Source: Candidatus Latescibacterota bacterium
Lineage (GTDB): Bacteria > Latescibacterota > UBA2968 > UBA8231
NCBI GenBank assembly: GCA_965223905.1
Contig: CBDCXV010000001.1
Location: forward strand, 288,001 to 352,000
DNA: 64,000 bases
Direction of reading: 5' to 3'
Each line of letters starts with the position of its first letter. The stretch's first letter is position 1. Both the position numbers and the translations under genes were made by a program. Positions 33,710 to 43,542 of the stretch are shown piece by piece. Below the pieces are notes generated by a model that was not told where the DNA came from, did no database searches, and saw nothing but the letters and a program-made list of their open reading frames with translations.

Positions 33710-34396
33710 ATGGCCCTACCTGCAATACAACTCTTCGATGTGAGCAAACGATTCGGGCCTCTGGCGGCTCTGGACGGGATTTCCCTCACCATTCGGCCCG
33801 GCGAGTTCGTCCTCGTTGCAGGTCCCAACGGTGCCGGAAAAAGCACCTTGGTGCGATTGTTGTCCGGCCTGTCACAACCCACCCGTGGACGGGTGTTGAT
33901 TTCCGGTTGTGAGCCGCACAAAGCATCCGCGCGGCACGCCGTTGGCTTGCTTTCGCATCAGCCACTGCTTTACGGCGACCTTTCTGCCCGAGAGAATCTG
34001 GAATTCTTCGCCCGCATGTACGGAGTCCCCCACGGATCCCGCGTAGACACCCTGATCGCCGAGGGAGGAATCGAGCCGTTTCAGCACCGCCGGGTTCGCG
34101 AGCTTTCGCGCGGGATGAAGCAACGCATGGCACTAGCGCGCGCCATGGTTCAGGATCCGGGGTTGCTTCTGCTCGACGAGCCGTTCGAGGCTCTGGACGA
34201 CAAAGGCTCAGGTGACTTGCTGCGGCAGTTGCGACAACTCAAGAGCCTGGGGAAAACCGTTGTCGTCATCGCGCACCGATTCGATGAGTTGGCCGATCTC
34301 GTTACCCGCCTTGTCCTTTTGCGTGGAGGGCGCCTGCAGCGGCAATCCCAGTGGGTAGGAGACGCCAGCCAGCTGCGGGCCGCCTGTACGGTTTAA
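33710..34396 (+). CDS. ccmA: Haem exporter ATP-binding protein CcmA
   Basis: GPNGAGKST, LSRGMKQR, LLLDEP; ccm context. Confidence 0.92.
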   Translation: MALPAIQLFDVSKRFGPLAALDGISLTIRPGEFVLVAGPNGAGKSTLVRLLSGLSQPTRGRVLISGCEPHKASARHAVGLLSHQPLLYGDLSARENLEFFARMYGVPHGSRVDTLIAEGGIEPFQHRRVRELSRGMKQRMALARAMVQDPGLLLLDEPFEALDDKGSGDLLRQLRQLKSLGKTVVVIAHRFDELADLVTRLVLLRGGRLQRQSQWVGDASQLRAACTV

Positions 34397-34425
34397 GTCT
34401 CGATGCATATCCGCGAGTTCGGAGT

Positions 34426-35151
34426 ATGAAGAGTACGGGACGAATGGGTGCTTCCCTGACCAGGCAAATCGGCACGATCCTTTGGAAGGACACGACGCTC
34501 GAGTGGCGCATGAGAGCCCGGCTTGTCCCCACTGCTTTTTTCGTGCTTCTGATGCTCCTGGTGTTCAACTTTTCCTTCGAGCTGGGCGGAGCCGCCTTGA
34601 CCGAGATCGGCCCGGGTGTATTGTGGGGGGCCTATGTATTCGCGAGCCTGTTCGGACTCAACCAGACCTTTGCGTCGGAGCGGGAAAATCACTGTCTGGA
34701 TGCGCTTCTGCTGTCCGCCGGAAATCCCTCCGCTCTCTACTTGGCCAAGATGCTGGGGAACGTTCTCTTTCTGCTCGTTGTTGAAATGATCAGTTTGCCC
34801 GTTTTCGCGCTCTTTTTCAACCTCCCCCTCAGGCCTCCGCTGATACTCTTGCTTCCCGTCTTGCTGCTGGGTTCTGCAGGGTTGGCGGCGGTGGGAACGT
34901 TGTTTGCCGCCATGGCGCAACACACGCGGCTTCGCGAGTTCATTCTTCCCATGCTGATACTGCCAGTGATCGTGCCCCTGGTCATATCCTGCGTTGAGGC
35001 GACAACCGCGGCATTGGAGCAGATGCGCCTCGGACTGCAGGCGGATCTGCGTTCCGTGTGGTGGCGGCATCTGCAGATTCTCGCCGTATACACGTTGGTT
35101 TTCACTACGTTGTCGACAATGTTGTTCGACTACATTGTCGAGGAATCCTGA
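34426..35151 (+). CDS. ccmB: Haem exporter permease CcmB
   Basis: WKD..LEWR, FASERENHCLDALL, LPMLILPVIVP. Confidence 0.92.
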   Translation: MKSTGRMGASLTRQIGTILWKDTTLEWRMRARLVPTAFFVLLMLLVFNFSFELGGAALTEIGPGVLWGAYVFASLFGLNQTFASERENHCLDALLLSAGNPSALYLAKMLGNVLFLLVVEMISLPVFALFFNLPLRPPLILLLPVLLLGSAGLAAVGTLFAAMAQHTRLREFILPMLILPVIVPLVISCVEATTAALEQMRLGLQADLRSVWWRHLQILAVYTLVFTTLSTMLFDYIVEES

Positions 35152-35155
35152 CCAA

Positions 35156-35830
35156 ATGGGGTCCCGCTTTCTGTCGATTTGCGTGTTCGCCACAATGCTG
35201 CTGGCCTTGGCAGCGGTCTTTCTGTACGCGCCGAGCGAGCGGGAAATGGGAGATGTCCAAAGGATCTTCTACTTCCACGTCCCGGCAGCCATGACCGCCT
35301 TCGCTGCTTTTTTCATCGTCTTCATCGCCAGCATCGCCTACCTCAACACGCGTCAGGCACGCTGGGACCAAATCGCCATTGCCGCGGCGGAGCTCGGTGT
35401 CCTGTTTTCGACCATCAACCTCGTTACCGGTCCGCTGTGGGCAAAGCCGGTCTGGGGAGTGTACTGGCGCTGGGAACCTCGCCTGACGACGATGCTCGTT
35501 ACCTTCGCCATGTACGTCGCCTACCTGATGGTCCGTGCATACGCATCCGGCGAAGCGAACCAGATGCGACGCATCGCCGCGGTGCTTGGGATCGTCGCGT
35601 TCGTCAATGTTCCGCTCGTTTACTACTCGGTGGATTTGTGGGCGCCGGAGCAGCAACTGCACCCACAGCGGGGAATCCGGATCGCGCCGGAGATGGCGCA
35701 GACGAAATACCTCTGTTATCTGGCTTTCGGATTGCTGTTCTTCTACCTGCTGAGATTGAGGGTGGAGCTGGAACGCTCCGCAGGGGTTCTCGAAGAAATT
35801 CGATTCCGCTTCCGGCAGTCCGAATCGTGA
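35156..35830 (+). CDS. ccmC: Haem exporter CcmC
   Basis: RIFYFHVP, WAKPVWGVYWRWEPRLT (WWD-type motif), LHP. Confidence 0.93.
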   Translation: MGSRFLSICVFATMLLALAAVFLYAPSEREMGDVQRIFYFHVPAAMTAFAAFFIVFIASIAYLNTRQARWDQIAIAAAELGVLFSTINLVTGPLWAKPVWGVYWRWEPRLTTMLVTFAMYVAYLMVRAYASGEANQMRRIAAVLGIVAFVNVPLVYYSVDLWAPEQQLHPQRGIRIAPEMAQTKYLCYLAFGLLFFYLLRLRVELERSAGVLEEIRFRFRQSES

Positions 35831-35884
35831 AGCAGGCGGCCGTGCCGCCGGTCACAATACTCGAACTCCCGAAAGGACTTTCCG

Positions 35885-36046
35885 ATGCAGACCGATCCCA
35901 ACCTCGCCTATCTGTTCGCGGCTTGCACCGCTGTCTGGGTCATCCTGTTCGCTTACATCGGGCACCTGAAAAAGCGCAGCTCTTCCCTGGCTGAGCAGTT
36001 GCGAAGTCTGTTTTCTTCCACTCGAGCAACAAACGACGAAAGTTGA
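35885..36046 (+). CDS. ccmD: CcmD (53 aa; below the ORF-track length cutoff)
   Basis: MQTDPNLAYLFAACTAVWVILFAYIGHLKKRSSSLAEQLRSL..; SD-like AAGGA upstream; directly after ccmC. Confidence 0.85.
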   Translation: MQTDPNLAYLFAACTAVWVILFAYIGHLKKRSSSLAEQLRSLFSSTRATNDES

Positions 36047-36093
36047 TATTTATCAATTATTTATGGGCTAATTAGTTGGTTCGGCAGATGCTG

Positions 36094-36123
36094 TTGACAC
36101 GCTTTTTTGCAGCGTGTTATATT
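36094..36123 (+). promoter_or_regulatory. Sigma70 promoter with overlapping palindromic operator
   Basis: TTGACA-18 nt-TATATT with TGn extension; ACACGCT-N7-AGCGTGT at 36097-36117. Confidence 0.6.
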
Positions 36124-36172
36124 TCGCCAACGCAGCAGGCAACCCTCCCCCTGCTCAAGGTGCGCGGCTACC

Positions 36173-36808
36173 ATGGTTGAGATGCAGGTACGAGAAATTC
36201 AGGCCAATTCCGGAACCTATCACCGTGTTGTCCTCCAAAAGAAGGGGGGTGCCTCCTACCTGCATATCATGATCGGTCCCAGCGAAGCCGGGGCTATTTC
36301 CGCTGCGCACAATGGTCAGAAGCCGGTGCGTCCTCTGAGTTACGATCTAGCCTGCGCGTTGCTCAACGAAATAAACGCCCGCATCGATCGGGTCGAGATC
36401 ACTGCCCTTCGCGACGGCATCTACTATGCCGAGATTCACCTCCAGGGCGCCGATGGTACATCCTCCGCCATCGATTCGCGGCCGAGCGACGCGATCGCCC
36501 TCGCCTTGCGGACAGATGCGCCGATTTTCGCTTCTGAAGATGTGCTCGAAGATGGGGCCGAAAAGGCGCTCGAGCTGTCTGGATCCCCGGAACCCGCTCC
36601 TGGCAAGCCCGCACTGAAGAAACCGGGTTTCCGCGAGTTTCCCGGCGCAGGGATGAAAGGAATTTCCGGCCGACCAGCAAACGACGAGGATACCCCGAGC
36701 CCACTCGATCTATTGAAAAGGCGCTTGGAGCAGGCGGTTTCCGAGGAGGCCTACGAGGAAGCGGCGCGACTTCGCGATCGCATCACCGAACTGCAGCGCC
36801 AACCCTGA
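36173..36808 (+). CDS. Bifunctional nuclease (DUF151) with C-terminal UVR domain, copy 1
   Basis: IMIGPSEA, RPLSYDL, DSRPSDAIALA; AVSEEAYEEAARLRD. Confidence 0.92.
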   Translation: MVEMQVREIQANSGTYHRVVLQKKGGASYLHIMIGPSEAGAISAAHNGQKPVRPLSYDLACALLNEINARIDRVEITALRDGIYYAEIHLQGADGTSSAIDSRPSDAIALALRTDAPIFASEDVLEDGAEKALELSGSPEPAPGKPALKKPGFREFPGAGMKGISGRPANDEDTPSPLDLLKRRLEQAVSEEAYEEAARLRDRITELQRQP

Positions 36809-36821
36809 TTCCGCACTTCCG

Positions 36822-37541
36822 ATGAGTGCCGGTAACTCGAAGCCAGTTGGGTCCCTTGTAGAGATGTCCGTAATCAAAGTGACCCCCTTTCCGCGCGCCG
36901 AAAAACCCCTTCTCTGGCTGTGCGAAAAAAATGCCGCTATGCCGCGGTTGCTCCCGATCGCCATAGGTGAATTCGAGGCGGCCGCTATTCAGCTGAAACT
37001 CCGTCAAGACCAGCCTCCGCTACGACCTATCTCGCACGATTTGTTGACTACTATGCTCGAGCGCATGAAAGCGGATGCACGAAGAATCATCATTCACTCA
37101 GTGCACAATTCCACATTCTACGCAACCGTTGTCTTGGAAATCGAAGGGGCCCTTCACGAGGTAGATGCTAGGCCTTCCGATGCCGTGGCCATGGGATTGC
37201 GGGCGAAGGCCCCTTTGTATGCGACGGGGCAGGTCCTGGACATGGCGGGGTACTCAAGTGGCGATTCCATTGACAAGGCGATCGAGGACTTCTCCGAATT
37301 CGATCCTCAGATTGTCAACGATGCGGGTGCTGGCCTCGATCTCAAAGGGGCAGATGCCGGCATTTCCCACCCTGACCAGGTGGAAACCGGTCTCGACAGC
37401 ACGGAAGCCACCCACTCACACAGGCACAGGCTGTTACTGCTGCGCCATCTTCTCGAAATAGCCGTCATCTGCGAGGAATACGAAAAAGCTGCGGAACTGC
37501 GTGACGAGATCGCCCGCTCCGCCGCAGGGCCCGACTCGTAA
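36822..37541 (+). CDS. Bifunctional nuclease (DUF151) with C-terminal UVR domain, copy 2
   Basis: LPIAIGEFEA, RPISHDL, DARPSDAVA; EEYEKAAELRD. Confidence 0.92.
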   Translation: MSAGNSKPVGSLVEMSVIKVTPFPRAEKPLLWLCEKNAAMPRLLPIAIGEFEAAAIQLKLRQDQPPLRPISHDLLTTMLERMKADARRIIIHSVHNSTFYATVVLEIEGALHEVDARPSDAVAMGLRAKAPLYATGQVLDMAGYSSGDSIDKAIEDFSEFDPQIVNDAGAGLDLKGADAGISHPDQVETGLDSTEATHSHRHRLLLLRHLLEIAVICEEYEKAAELRDEIARSAAGPDS

Positions 37542-37596
37542 TCGCAGTTCGGTCCCCGGTCCCCAACCCGACTGTATTCCTTTGAATTTTCTCGGT

Positions 37597-38097
37597 ATGA
37601 TCCGTCTCGAAGTTTCATCTCCGTCCCGGTCGGCGGTCGTAGCCTCGTTGTGGCTGCTTGCAAGTGCTTGCGGGGATTCGACTGACGATCGCAGGTATTC
37701 AACGCCTGCGGCTACATACAAAACCTACCGACAAGCCGTTGAAAAGAACGACGCGGTCGCGGCCTGGGATTGTCTGGCAGCGAGCTACCGGAAAGCTGAC
37801 TTCGAAGGAGACCTGGAGCGCTGGGAGGACGACTGGCCGGAGCATCGCCGGACTTTGGAACAGGACTTGGCGAGACGGGAAATCGTCGAAGAGCGCGAAA
37901 TCAACAATCGGATCGCCTATCTGCTGTTCGATGTCGATACCGGCAATGGTGAATCGCCGACGTCACCCTATTTCTACTTTCTCCGCGAGGACGATCTGCG
38001 CAGTAAGGGCTGGAAGATAACCTCCTATCTCGACAGCACTTTCCACCAGGAACTCGAACGAGCCATCGCGAGCGGCGAATACTCGGTGCCTCGCTGA
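37597..38097 (+). CDS. Hypothetical lipoprotein (NTF2-like/DUF4878-like)
   Basis: Lipobox LLASA-C; ends ..GWKI. Confidence 0.6.
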   Translation: MIRLEVSSPSRSAVVASLWLLASACGDSTDDRRYSTPAATYKTYRQAVEKNDAVAAWDCLAASYRKADFEGDLERWEDDWPEHRRTLEQDLARREIVEEREINNRIAYLLFDVDTGNGESPTSPYFYFLREDDLRSKGWKITSYLDSTFHQELERAIASGEYSVPR

Positions 38098-38311
38098 CTA
38101 GAGAGTGCCGCCATCTTCGGGCGGCCGGTCACCTGAACCCACCCCGGTTTTTGGATTTGTCCCCTGTTTGCTGCAACTGCACCCGGAATGGCTCTATACC
38201 GAGCATGCCTGATATGCATTGCGCCCCATTCTTGCACATTGGAACTGCGCCGGCCTATTTTGGCCTTGCTTTGCGGTGACTGCAGCAACCTGGGAGGAGG
38301 AGGAAGGATAC

Positions 38312-38845
38312 GTGCCATCGTCGCTTTTCAGGAGTTGTGCAGCAGGAATTATCGTCTGCCTGATCGGGATGGTCCCGCCGTCAAGCGCCCAGAAGGGCAG
38401 AACCCTGTTCGGCGAAAATCAGGTTGAGACGATCAAAGCGATGAAAAAGATCGTCAAGGCGATAGGCGTGAAGCAGTGTACTTATTGCCACATAAAAAAG
38501 GGCGGAAAACCGAAGTTCGACCTGGAAACACCGAACAAGGAGATTGCCCGGCATATGAAGCAGGGTTTCATCGACAGTTTGGTTTCATGGGGTCGGGTCG
38601 AGCTGAGCCTTTCGGAGTCGGATTACAAAACCGGCGTGGTCGCCGAGTACATCCCCTCGGGCGAAAACGCGGGAATTCACCTGACAGCCACAACCGGAGC
38701 TGCGCTTGAGGAAGGTGAGAATCTGCCCGAAGGTATTGTGGCAAAGAGCTACACAGGTGTGGTTGCCTTGCCAGAAGAAGGGGAAGGCATTACGTGCATG
38801 ACCTGCCACAACCGCAAATTGCACTTCCTGACCTCTTCCAAGTAG
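38312..38845 (+). CDS. Exported dihaem c-type cytochrome (PufC-like domain)
   Basis: Strong SD (GGAGGAAGGA), signal peptide, AIGVKQCTYCH..KEIARHM..ITCMTCH. Confidence 0.85.
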   Translation: MPSSLFRSCAAGIIVCLIGMVPPSSAQKGRTLFGENQVETIKAMKKIVKAIGVKQCTYCHIKKGGKPKFDLETPNKEIARHMKQGFIDSLVSWGRVELSLSESDYKTGVVAEYIPSGENAGIHLTATTGAALEEGENLPEGIVAKSYTGVVALPEEGEGITCMTCHNRKLHFLTSSK

Positions 38846-38899
38846 CACATCTTCAGTCTTTTCTAGAATTTCGACAACCTGCCTTTTCTCGGTTTGGGA

Positions 38900-39273
38900 C
38901 GCGGTTCCGGCGGCGGTCCAGGACGATGAATACGAGGCACCGCACACCCTCTGCTGCCGTCACTGCTGGCTTTTTCGCTTGCCAATTTCTGGTTTTCCCC
39001 CTGATCGGCGATTACCACAAACGCCCGGGCTGATCGCCGCGGAGTTCAGCATCTTTGGTGGCTGTTGCTGTTTGTCTTGCACCGGGAAGGCTGCCGGCGC
39101 TGGACTGCTGTCTGATGTTGCCCAACGCCACTCATCTCAGTGTCTGGCTGCAGCAGCAATGGCAGGTGTCGGCTGTGCCTTGCTGGTGTACCGGTTACCG
39201 GTATAGATGCTCTCTGACTCAGCGCAGCTTCTGACACCCTCCGCGCTGCTTGCCGCCTTGGTCCTGCTGGTGT
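38900..39273 (-). ncRNA. Candidate sigma54-dependent ncRNA with hairpins and CAGCA/ARN repeats
   Basis: No credible ORF; starts about 10-12 nt after a -24/-12 promoter; 13 CAGC in ~330 nt; four hairpins; 3' end approximate. Confidence 0.5.
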
Positions 39274-39282
39274 AGGAATTTC

Positions 39283-39297
39283 GCTACATGCGTGCCA
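39283..39297 (-). promoter_or_regulatory. Sigma54 (-24/-12) promoter
   Basis: Minus strand TGGCACG-CATG-TAGC versus consensus TGGCACG-N4-TTGC, with correct GG-N10-GC spacing. Confidence 0.7.
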
Positions 39298-39355
39298 AGA
39301 AGCCGATCATGCCGTCGATTCGTCTCCGCATAGCAGACTTGCGCCACGTTTGGGT

Positions 39356-40225
39356 TCAGGCAAGCGCCTGAACCACCGCGTCCCCGATTTCGGCAGGACT
39401 CTGACAAACGCTGACCCCTGCCTTCTCGAGGGCTTCCATCTTTTCGTCTGCAGTACCCTTGCCACCGGAAATAATGGCCCCGGCATGACCCATGCGACGA
39501 CCGGGAGGTGCCGTGCGACCGGCTATGAAGCCGAATACGGGTTTCTCGAAATATTGGCGAACGTACGCGGCCGCCACTTCTTCATCGCTGCCCCCGATTT
39601 CTCCGATCATCACCACCGCATCGGTTTCGTCATCCTTTTGGAACAGTTTGAACGCGTCGATAAAACGAGTTCCGATAACAGGGTCACCGCCGATTCCGAT
39701 GCACGTCGACTGGCCGAGCCCCCGCTGCGTGAGCTGATCCACCGTTTCGTAGGTGAGGGTGCCGCTACGCGATACGACACCGATTCGTCCCCTCTGGTGA
39801 ATGAACCCTGGCATGATCCCGATCTTGCACTGGCCGGGTGAAATGATCCCGGGACAGTTGGGACCGATCAGCCGCGTCGACCTGCTAGCCACGTAGTGAT
39901 AGGCACGCACCATGTCGCGTAACGGGATGTTTTCGGTAATACAGACCACAAGCTCGATGCCGGCATCCGCTGCTTCCATGATGGCATCGGCCGCATATGG
40001 TGCCGGAACGAAGATGACCGATGCTGTTGCGCCGGTATCTCGGACCCCTTCGGCCACTGTATTGAAAACCGGGAGTCCTTCGAACTCCTGGCCTCCCTTT
40101 CCGGGAGTCGCCCCCCCGACAAGGAGTGTTCCGTACTCGATCATCTGCCGGGTGTGAAACGAGCCCTCCGAGCCGGTGATTCCCTGCACGAAAACGCGGG
40201 TGTCCTCACCGACGAGAATGCTCAC
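39356..40225 (-). CDS. sucD: Succinyl-CoA synthetase alpha subunit
   Basis: [28 protein letters not shown]. Confidence 0.98.
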   Translation of the reverse strand: MSILVGEDTRVFVQGITGSEGSFHTRQMIEYGTLLVGGATPGKGGQEFEGLPVFNTVAEGVRDTGATASVIFVPAPYAADAIMEAADAGIELVVCITENIPLRDMVRAYHYVASRSTRLIGPNCPGIISPGQCKIGIMPGFIHQRGRIGVVSRSGTLTYETVDQLTQRGLGQSTCIGIGGDPVIGTRFIDAFKLFQKDDETDAVVMIGEIGGSDEEVAAAYVRQYFEKPVFGFIAGRTAPPGRRMGHAGAIISGGKGTADEKMEALEKAGVSVCQSPAEIGDAVVQALA

Positions 40226-41379
40226 GACAGCACCTTCACAGCTTTCTCCGCGGCGTCCTTCAAACCGACGGCAACGGGGAAATCCACGTCGGATTCCCGC
40301 AGTCTTCTCGCAGCTTCTTCTGCATTTGTACCGGCCAGTCGTACTACAACCGGGAGCTGTATGTCGATCTTCTTGCGTGCCTCAATAACCCCTTCGGCGA
40401 CGCGGTCGCAACGCACGATACCGCCGAAGATGTTGATCAAGATTGCTTTGACATTCGGGTCTGACAGAAGGATGCGGAATCCATTTTCCACAGTCTCGGC
40501 ACTGGCACCGCCCCCTACATCGAGGAAGTTGGCCGGTTTGCCGCCAGCAAGCTTTATGATGTCCATAGTAGCCATGGCCAGGCCTGCGCCGTTCACCATG
40601 CAGCCGATGTTGCCGTCGAGCTTTATGTAGTTCAGGCCATGTTTCGATGCCTCGACCTCCAAGTCCTCCTCTTCATCGAGGTCGCGCAGTTCGCCGTGAT
40701 CGCGGTGTCGAAAAAAACCGTTGTCGTCGAAATTGATCTTCGCGTCCAGCGCCATGAGCTCATCCTGGCTGGTGAGAGCGATCGGGTTGACCTCGGCCAG
40801 CGAGCAGTCCTCGGTCTGATACATCTCGTACAACCCAAGTATGAACCGGGCGGCCTCGCGAGCCACCGCGCCGCTCAAACCAAGCCCGAATGCGAGGCGA
40901 GATGTCTGAAACGGAAGCAATCCAGTGGAGGGGTCCACTGTTTCGGAAAGAATTTTTTCCGGCATTCGGGCGGCGACCTGCTCGATCTCCATCCCGCCCT
41001 CTGTGCTGGCTATGACGACCAGTTTGGACTGTGCACGGTCCAGGGCTATCCCGAGATAGAATTCTCTGGTTATGTCGCTTGCTTTTTCCACCAGCACCTG
41101 TTTGACCCGCTGCCCTTCGGGTCCCGTCTGGTGGGTGACCAGCTGCATGCCGATAATCTGCTCGGCCGCCTGACGCGCCGCCTCCGCATTGTCAGCTACC
41201 TTGATTCCACCCCCCTTGCCGCGGCCTCCAGCGTGAATCTGTGCTTTGACGACGACGCGACCTCCTAGCCCGGCTGCTATCTGCGCAGCGCATTCTGGTG
41301 TTGTTGCTACATCCCCCGGAGGCACGGCGACACCGTAGGTGCGGAGCAGCTTCTTGGCCTGGAATTCGTGGATTTTCAT
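40222..41379 (-). CDS. sucC: Succinyl-CoA synthetase beta subunit
   Basis: [44 protein letters not shown]. Confidence 0.98.
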   Translation of the reverse strand: MKIHEFQAKKLLRTYGVAVPPGDVATTPECAAQIAAGLGGRVVVKAQIHAGGRGKGGGIKVADNAEAARQAAEQIIGMQLVTHQTGPEGQRVKQVLVEKASDITREFYLGIALDRAQSKLVVIASTEGGMEIEQVAARMPEKILSETVDPSTGLLPFQTSRLAFGLGLSGAVAREAARFILGLYEMYQTEDCSLAEVNPIALTSQDELMALDAKINFDDNGFFRHRDHGELRDLDEEEDLEVEASKHGLNYIKLDGNIGCMVNGAGLAMATMDIIKLAGGKPANFLDVGGGASAETVENGFRILLSDPNVKAILINIFGGIVRCDRVAEGVIEARKKIDIQLPVVVRLAGTNAEEAARRLRESDVDFPVAVGLKDAAEKAVKVLS

Positions 41380-41490
41380 GGTGATGGCTGCGCCCCGGCT
41401 TTGGAAATCATTTCCCAGACGCAAACCCGTCAGGGAGACGTTCGTTTTCAGCGGCGTCTCCGGTTCTAAACTTCATCCCCATCGACGCGC

Positions 41491-42705
41491 TAGTGGTCGA
41501 TCCATTTAGAATTGCGGAATAAAAGTGGCAGCCGTATCCTTTTTACCGATCCCCTTTATTGGAAAAGGAGTACGGCGTTGCCCAAGAAGAGATACCTCGT
41601 CACTCTCACCCCGGAGGAGCGCTCCTATGTGCACGGACTCATCTCCAAGGGGAAAGCGGCTGCTTTCAAGCAGCGGCATGCGCGCATTCTCCTGAAGACG
41701 GATCAAGGAGCGCAGGGAGACGGCTGGACCGACGAACAGATCGGGCACGCTCTCGAGGTCCATTCCAGCACGGTCGAGCGCCTGCGCAAACGATTTGCCG
41801 AAGAAGGCCTGGAGGCCGCCCTCCAACGCAAGGAGCAGACGAACCGCAGGGCCAAGACCATCTCGACGGAGAAGCCGAGGCTCGTCTCGTAGCGCTGGCC
41901 TGTAGCCCGCCGCCGGAGGGAAGGAAGGGCTGGACCCTCAAATTGTTAGCAGACCGCCTGGTTTCGTTGGAGGTGGTCGACCGGGTCAGCCCGGAAACGG
42001 TCCGCAAGACGCTAAAAAAAACGCATTGAAGCCCTGGCGGCAGGAAATGTGGTGCCTGCCGGGCGCCCCCAGTGCCGAATTCGTTTGGGCCATGGAGGAT
42101 GTGCTGGATATCTATACCCGGCCCTACGATCCCACCCGTCCCACGGTATGCCTGGACGAGACGAGCAAATAGCTGGTGGGAGAGGTGCGGGCCCCTCTTC
42201 CGGCGATTCCTGGACATGCGGCTCGGTATGATCATCACTATGTCCGCAACGGCGTGGCCACCGTATTCATGATGCTGGAACCGCTTACCGGCCGCTGCCA
42301 AGTCCAGGTCACGCAGCGCCGCACCAAGAAAGATTGGGCTCAGGTGATGAAAGATCTGGTCGATCGCTGCTACCCGGAAGCCGATGCCCTGACCTTGGTC
42401 ATGGACAATCTGAGCTCGCACCAGAAGGCGGCTTTGTACGACGTCTTTGCGCCCGAAGAAGCCAAACGCATCGCCGATAAAATCGATATTCACTTCACCC
42501 CGAAACGGGGTAGCTGGCTCAATATATGGCCGAAATCGGGTTGAAGGTGCTTTCCCGGCAGTGTCTGGACCGGCGCATCGGCACGATTCAGCAACTGAGC
42601 AAAGAAGTCCACGCCTGGCTCTCCCAACGCGAGAAGAGTCCAACGAGGGTCAAATGGCAATTCACCACCGCCTCTATCCAGCATTACTACATAGGTGAAC
42701 CACTA
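41491..42705 (+). mobile_element. IS630-family insertion sequence, degenerate
   Basis: Ends TAGTGGT..ACCACTA with TA duplication; transposase remnants inside. Confidence 0.85.
41578..42690 (+). pseudogene. IS630 transposase pseudogene
   Basis: PKKRYLVTL, WTLKLLADRL, A-run slippage site ~42014-42021, CLDETSK then in-frame TAG, VMDNL, HFTPKRGSWLN; extra frameshifts near 41855 and 42525. Confidence 0.85.
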
Positions 42706-42761
42706 GTCGCCCGTATCGACTGCGCTCCTGAGCTCGTGTTCGCTCGCGGCAGGTTCGCTGT

Positions 42762-43124
42762 TCAGGAAATCTGCAGAAGGAGATAGGCGGCCACGGCAGT
42801 TCCAGCAAGTGCACCCCCGTAACACAGAACACTTACGGTCGGGCGATGCTTGTGCACACCCAATTCGTAAAGCGAAAAACGAATGCGGTGCGCCGCGTGG
42901 AAGAGTGGCAGCGCCATGAAAACGAAGAGGTAGAGCTTGATCAGGGGGTTTGCCAGCAGGGAATGCATTTTGTCATACCCTACTGCTTCAGGTTGGAGCA
43001 GGCCCAACGGAACCGCCAAGCCGTCGAGAAAGATGTGTATGGGAACCAGCAGCGCCGCGACCATTCCCCCCGCGGAGAACATTCCCCACCAGAATGGCTC
43101 TCTGGTGTCTTTCCGGTATTTCAC
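42762..43124 (-). CDS. frdD: Fumarate reductase membrane anchor D
   Basis: EPFWWGMFSAGGM, HAAHRIR. Confidence 0.92.
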   Translation of the reverse strand: MKYRKDTREPFWWGMFSAGGMVAALLVPIHIFLDGLAVPLGLLQPEAVGYDKMHSLLANPLIKLYLFVFMALPLFHAAHRIRFSLYELGVHKHRPTVSVLCYGGALAGTAVAAYLLLQIS

Positions 43125-43134
43125 TGCTGTACAC

Positions 43135-43542
43135 CTACCTCACAAAAACCAAGACGATAGCGGCCGACACCACCAGCCACGCCGCGATTGCACCCCCTGT
43201 GACCATTCCGGGAGGCACCGTCCTGGAGCCGAGACGGACGACCTGAATTTTGGATGCGGCCCCGAACCAGGTGATAGTGTGATAGACTGCAAATACGAAG
43301 GCGATGACGAAAAAAACGACGTATTCGGGCTGTCGCAGCGATTCCCGAAACTGTCCGTAGGCCTGCGCCCCTCGCGACAGGAGGAAAAGCTCACACATGA
43401 AAAGCAGAACGAATGCGGCAATGAAGATGCTGCTGAACTCGCGCATCATGAACAGGAAATAGCTTCCCTTTTTAAGCCACCATGTGGCCGGCATTGACGG
43501 CTGGTACGTCTTCCCGTCGCCACTGCGGAAAGCGCTGCTCAT
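43135..43542 (-). CDS. frdC: Fumarate reductase membrane anchor C
   Basis: [25 protein letters not shown]. Confidence 0.9.
   Translation of the reverse strand: MSSAFRSGDGKTYQPSMPATWWLKKGSYFLFMMREFSSIFIAAFVLLFMCELFLLSRGAQAYGQFRESLRQPEYVVFFVIAFVFAVYHTITWFGAASKIQVVRLGSRTVPPGMVTGGAIAAWLVVSAAIVLVFVR

Noticed and set aside
39046-39237. 63-aa minus-strand ORF, and the 75-aa plus ORF at 38979, inside the ncRNA candidate
   Set aside because: The GGAGG abuts the GTG with no spacing, the products show no protein-like motifs, and the repeats are not tied to one reading frame
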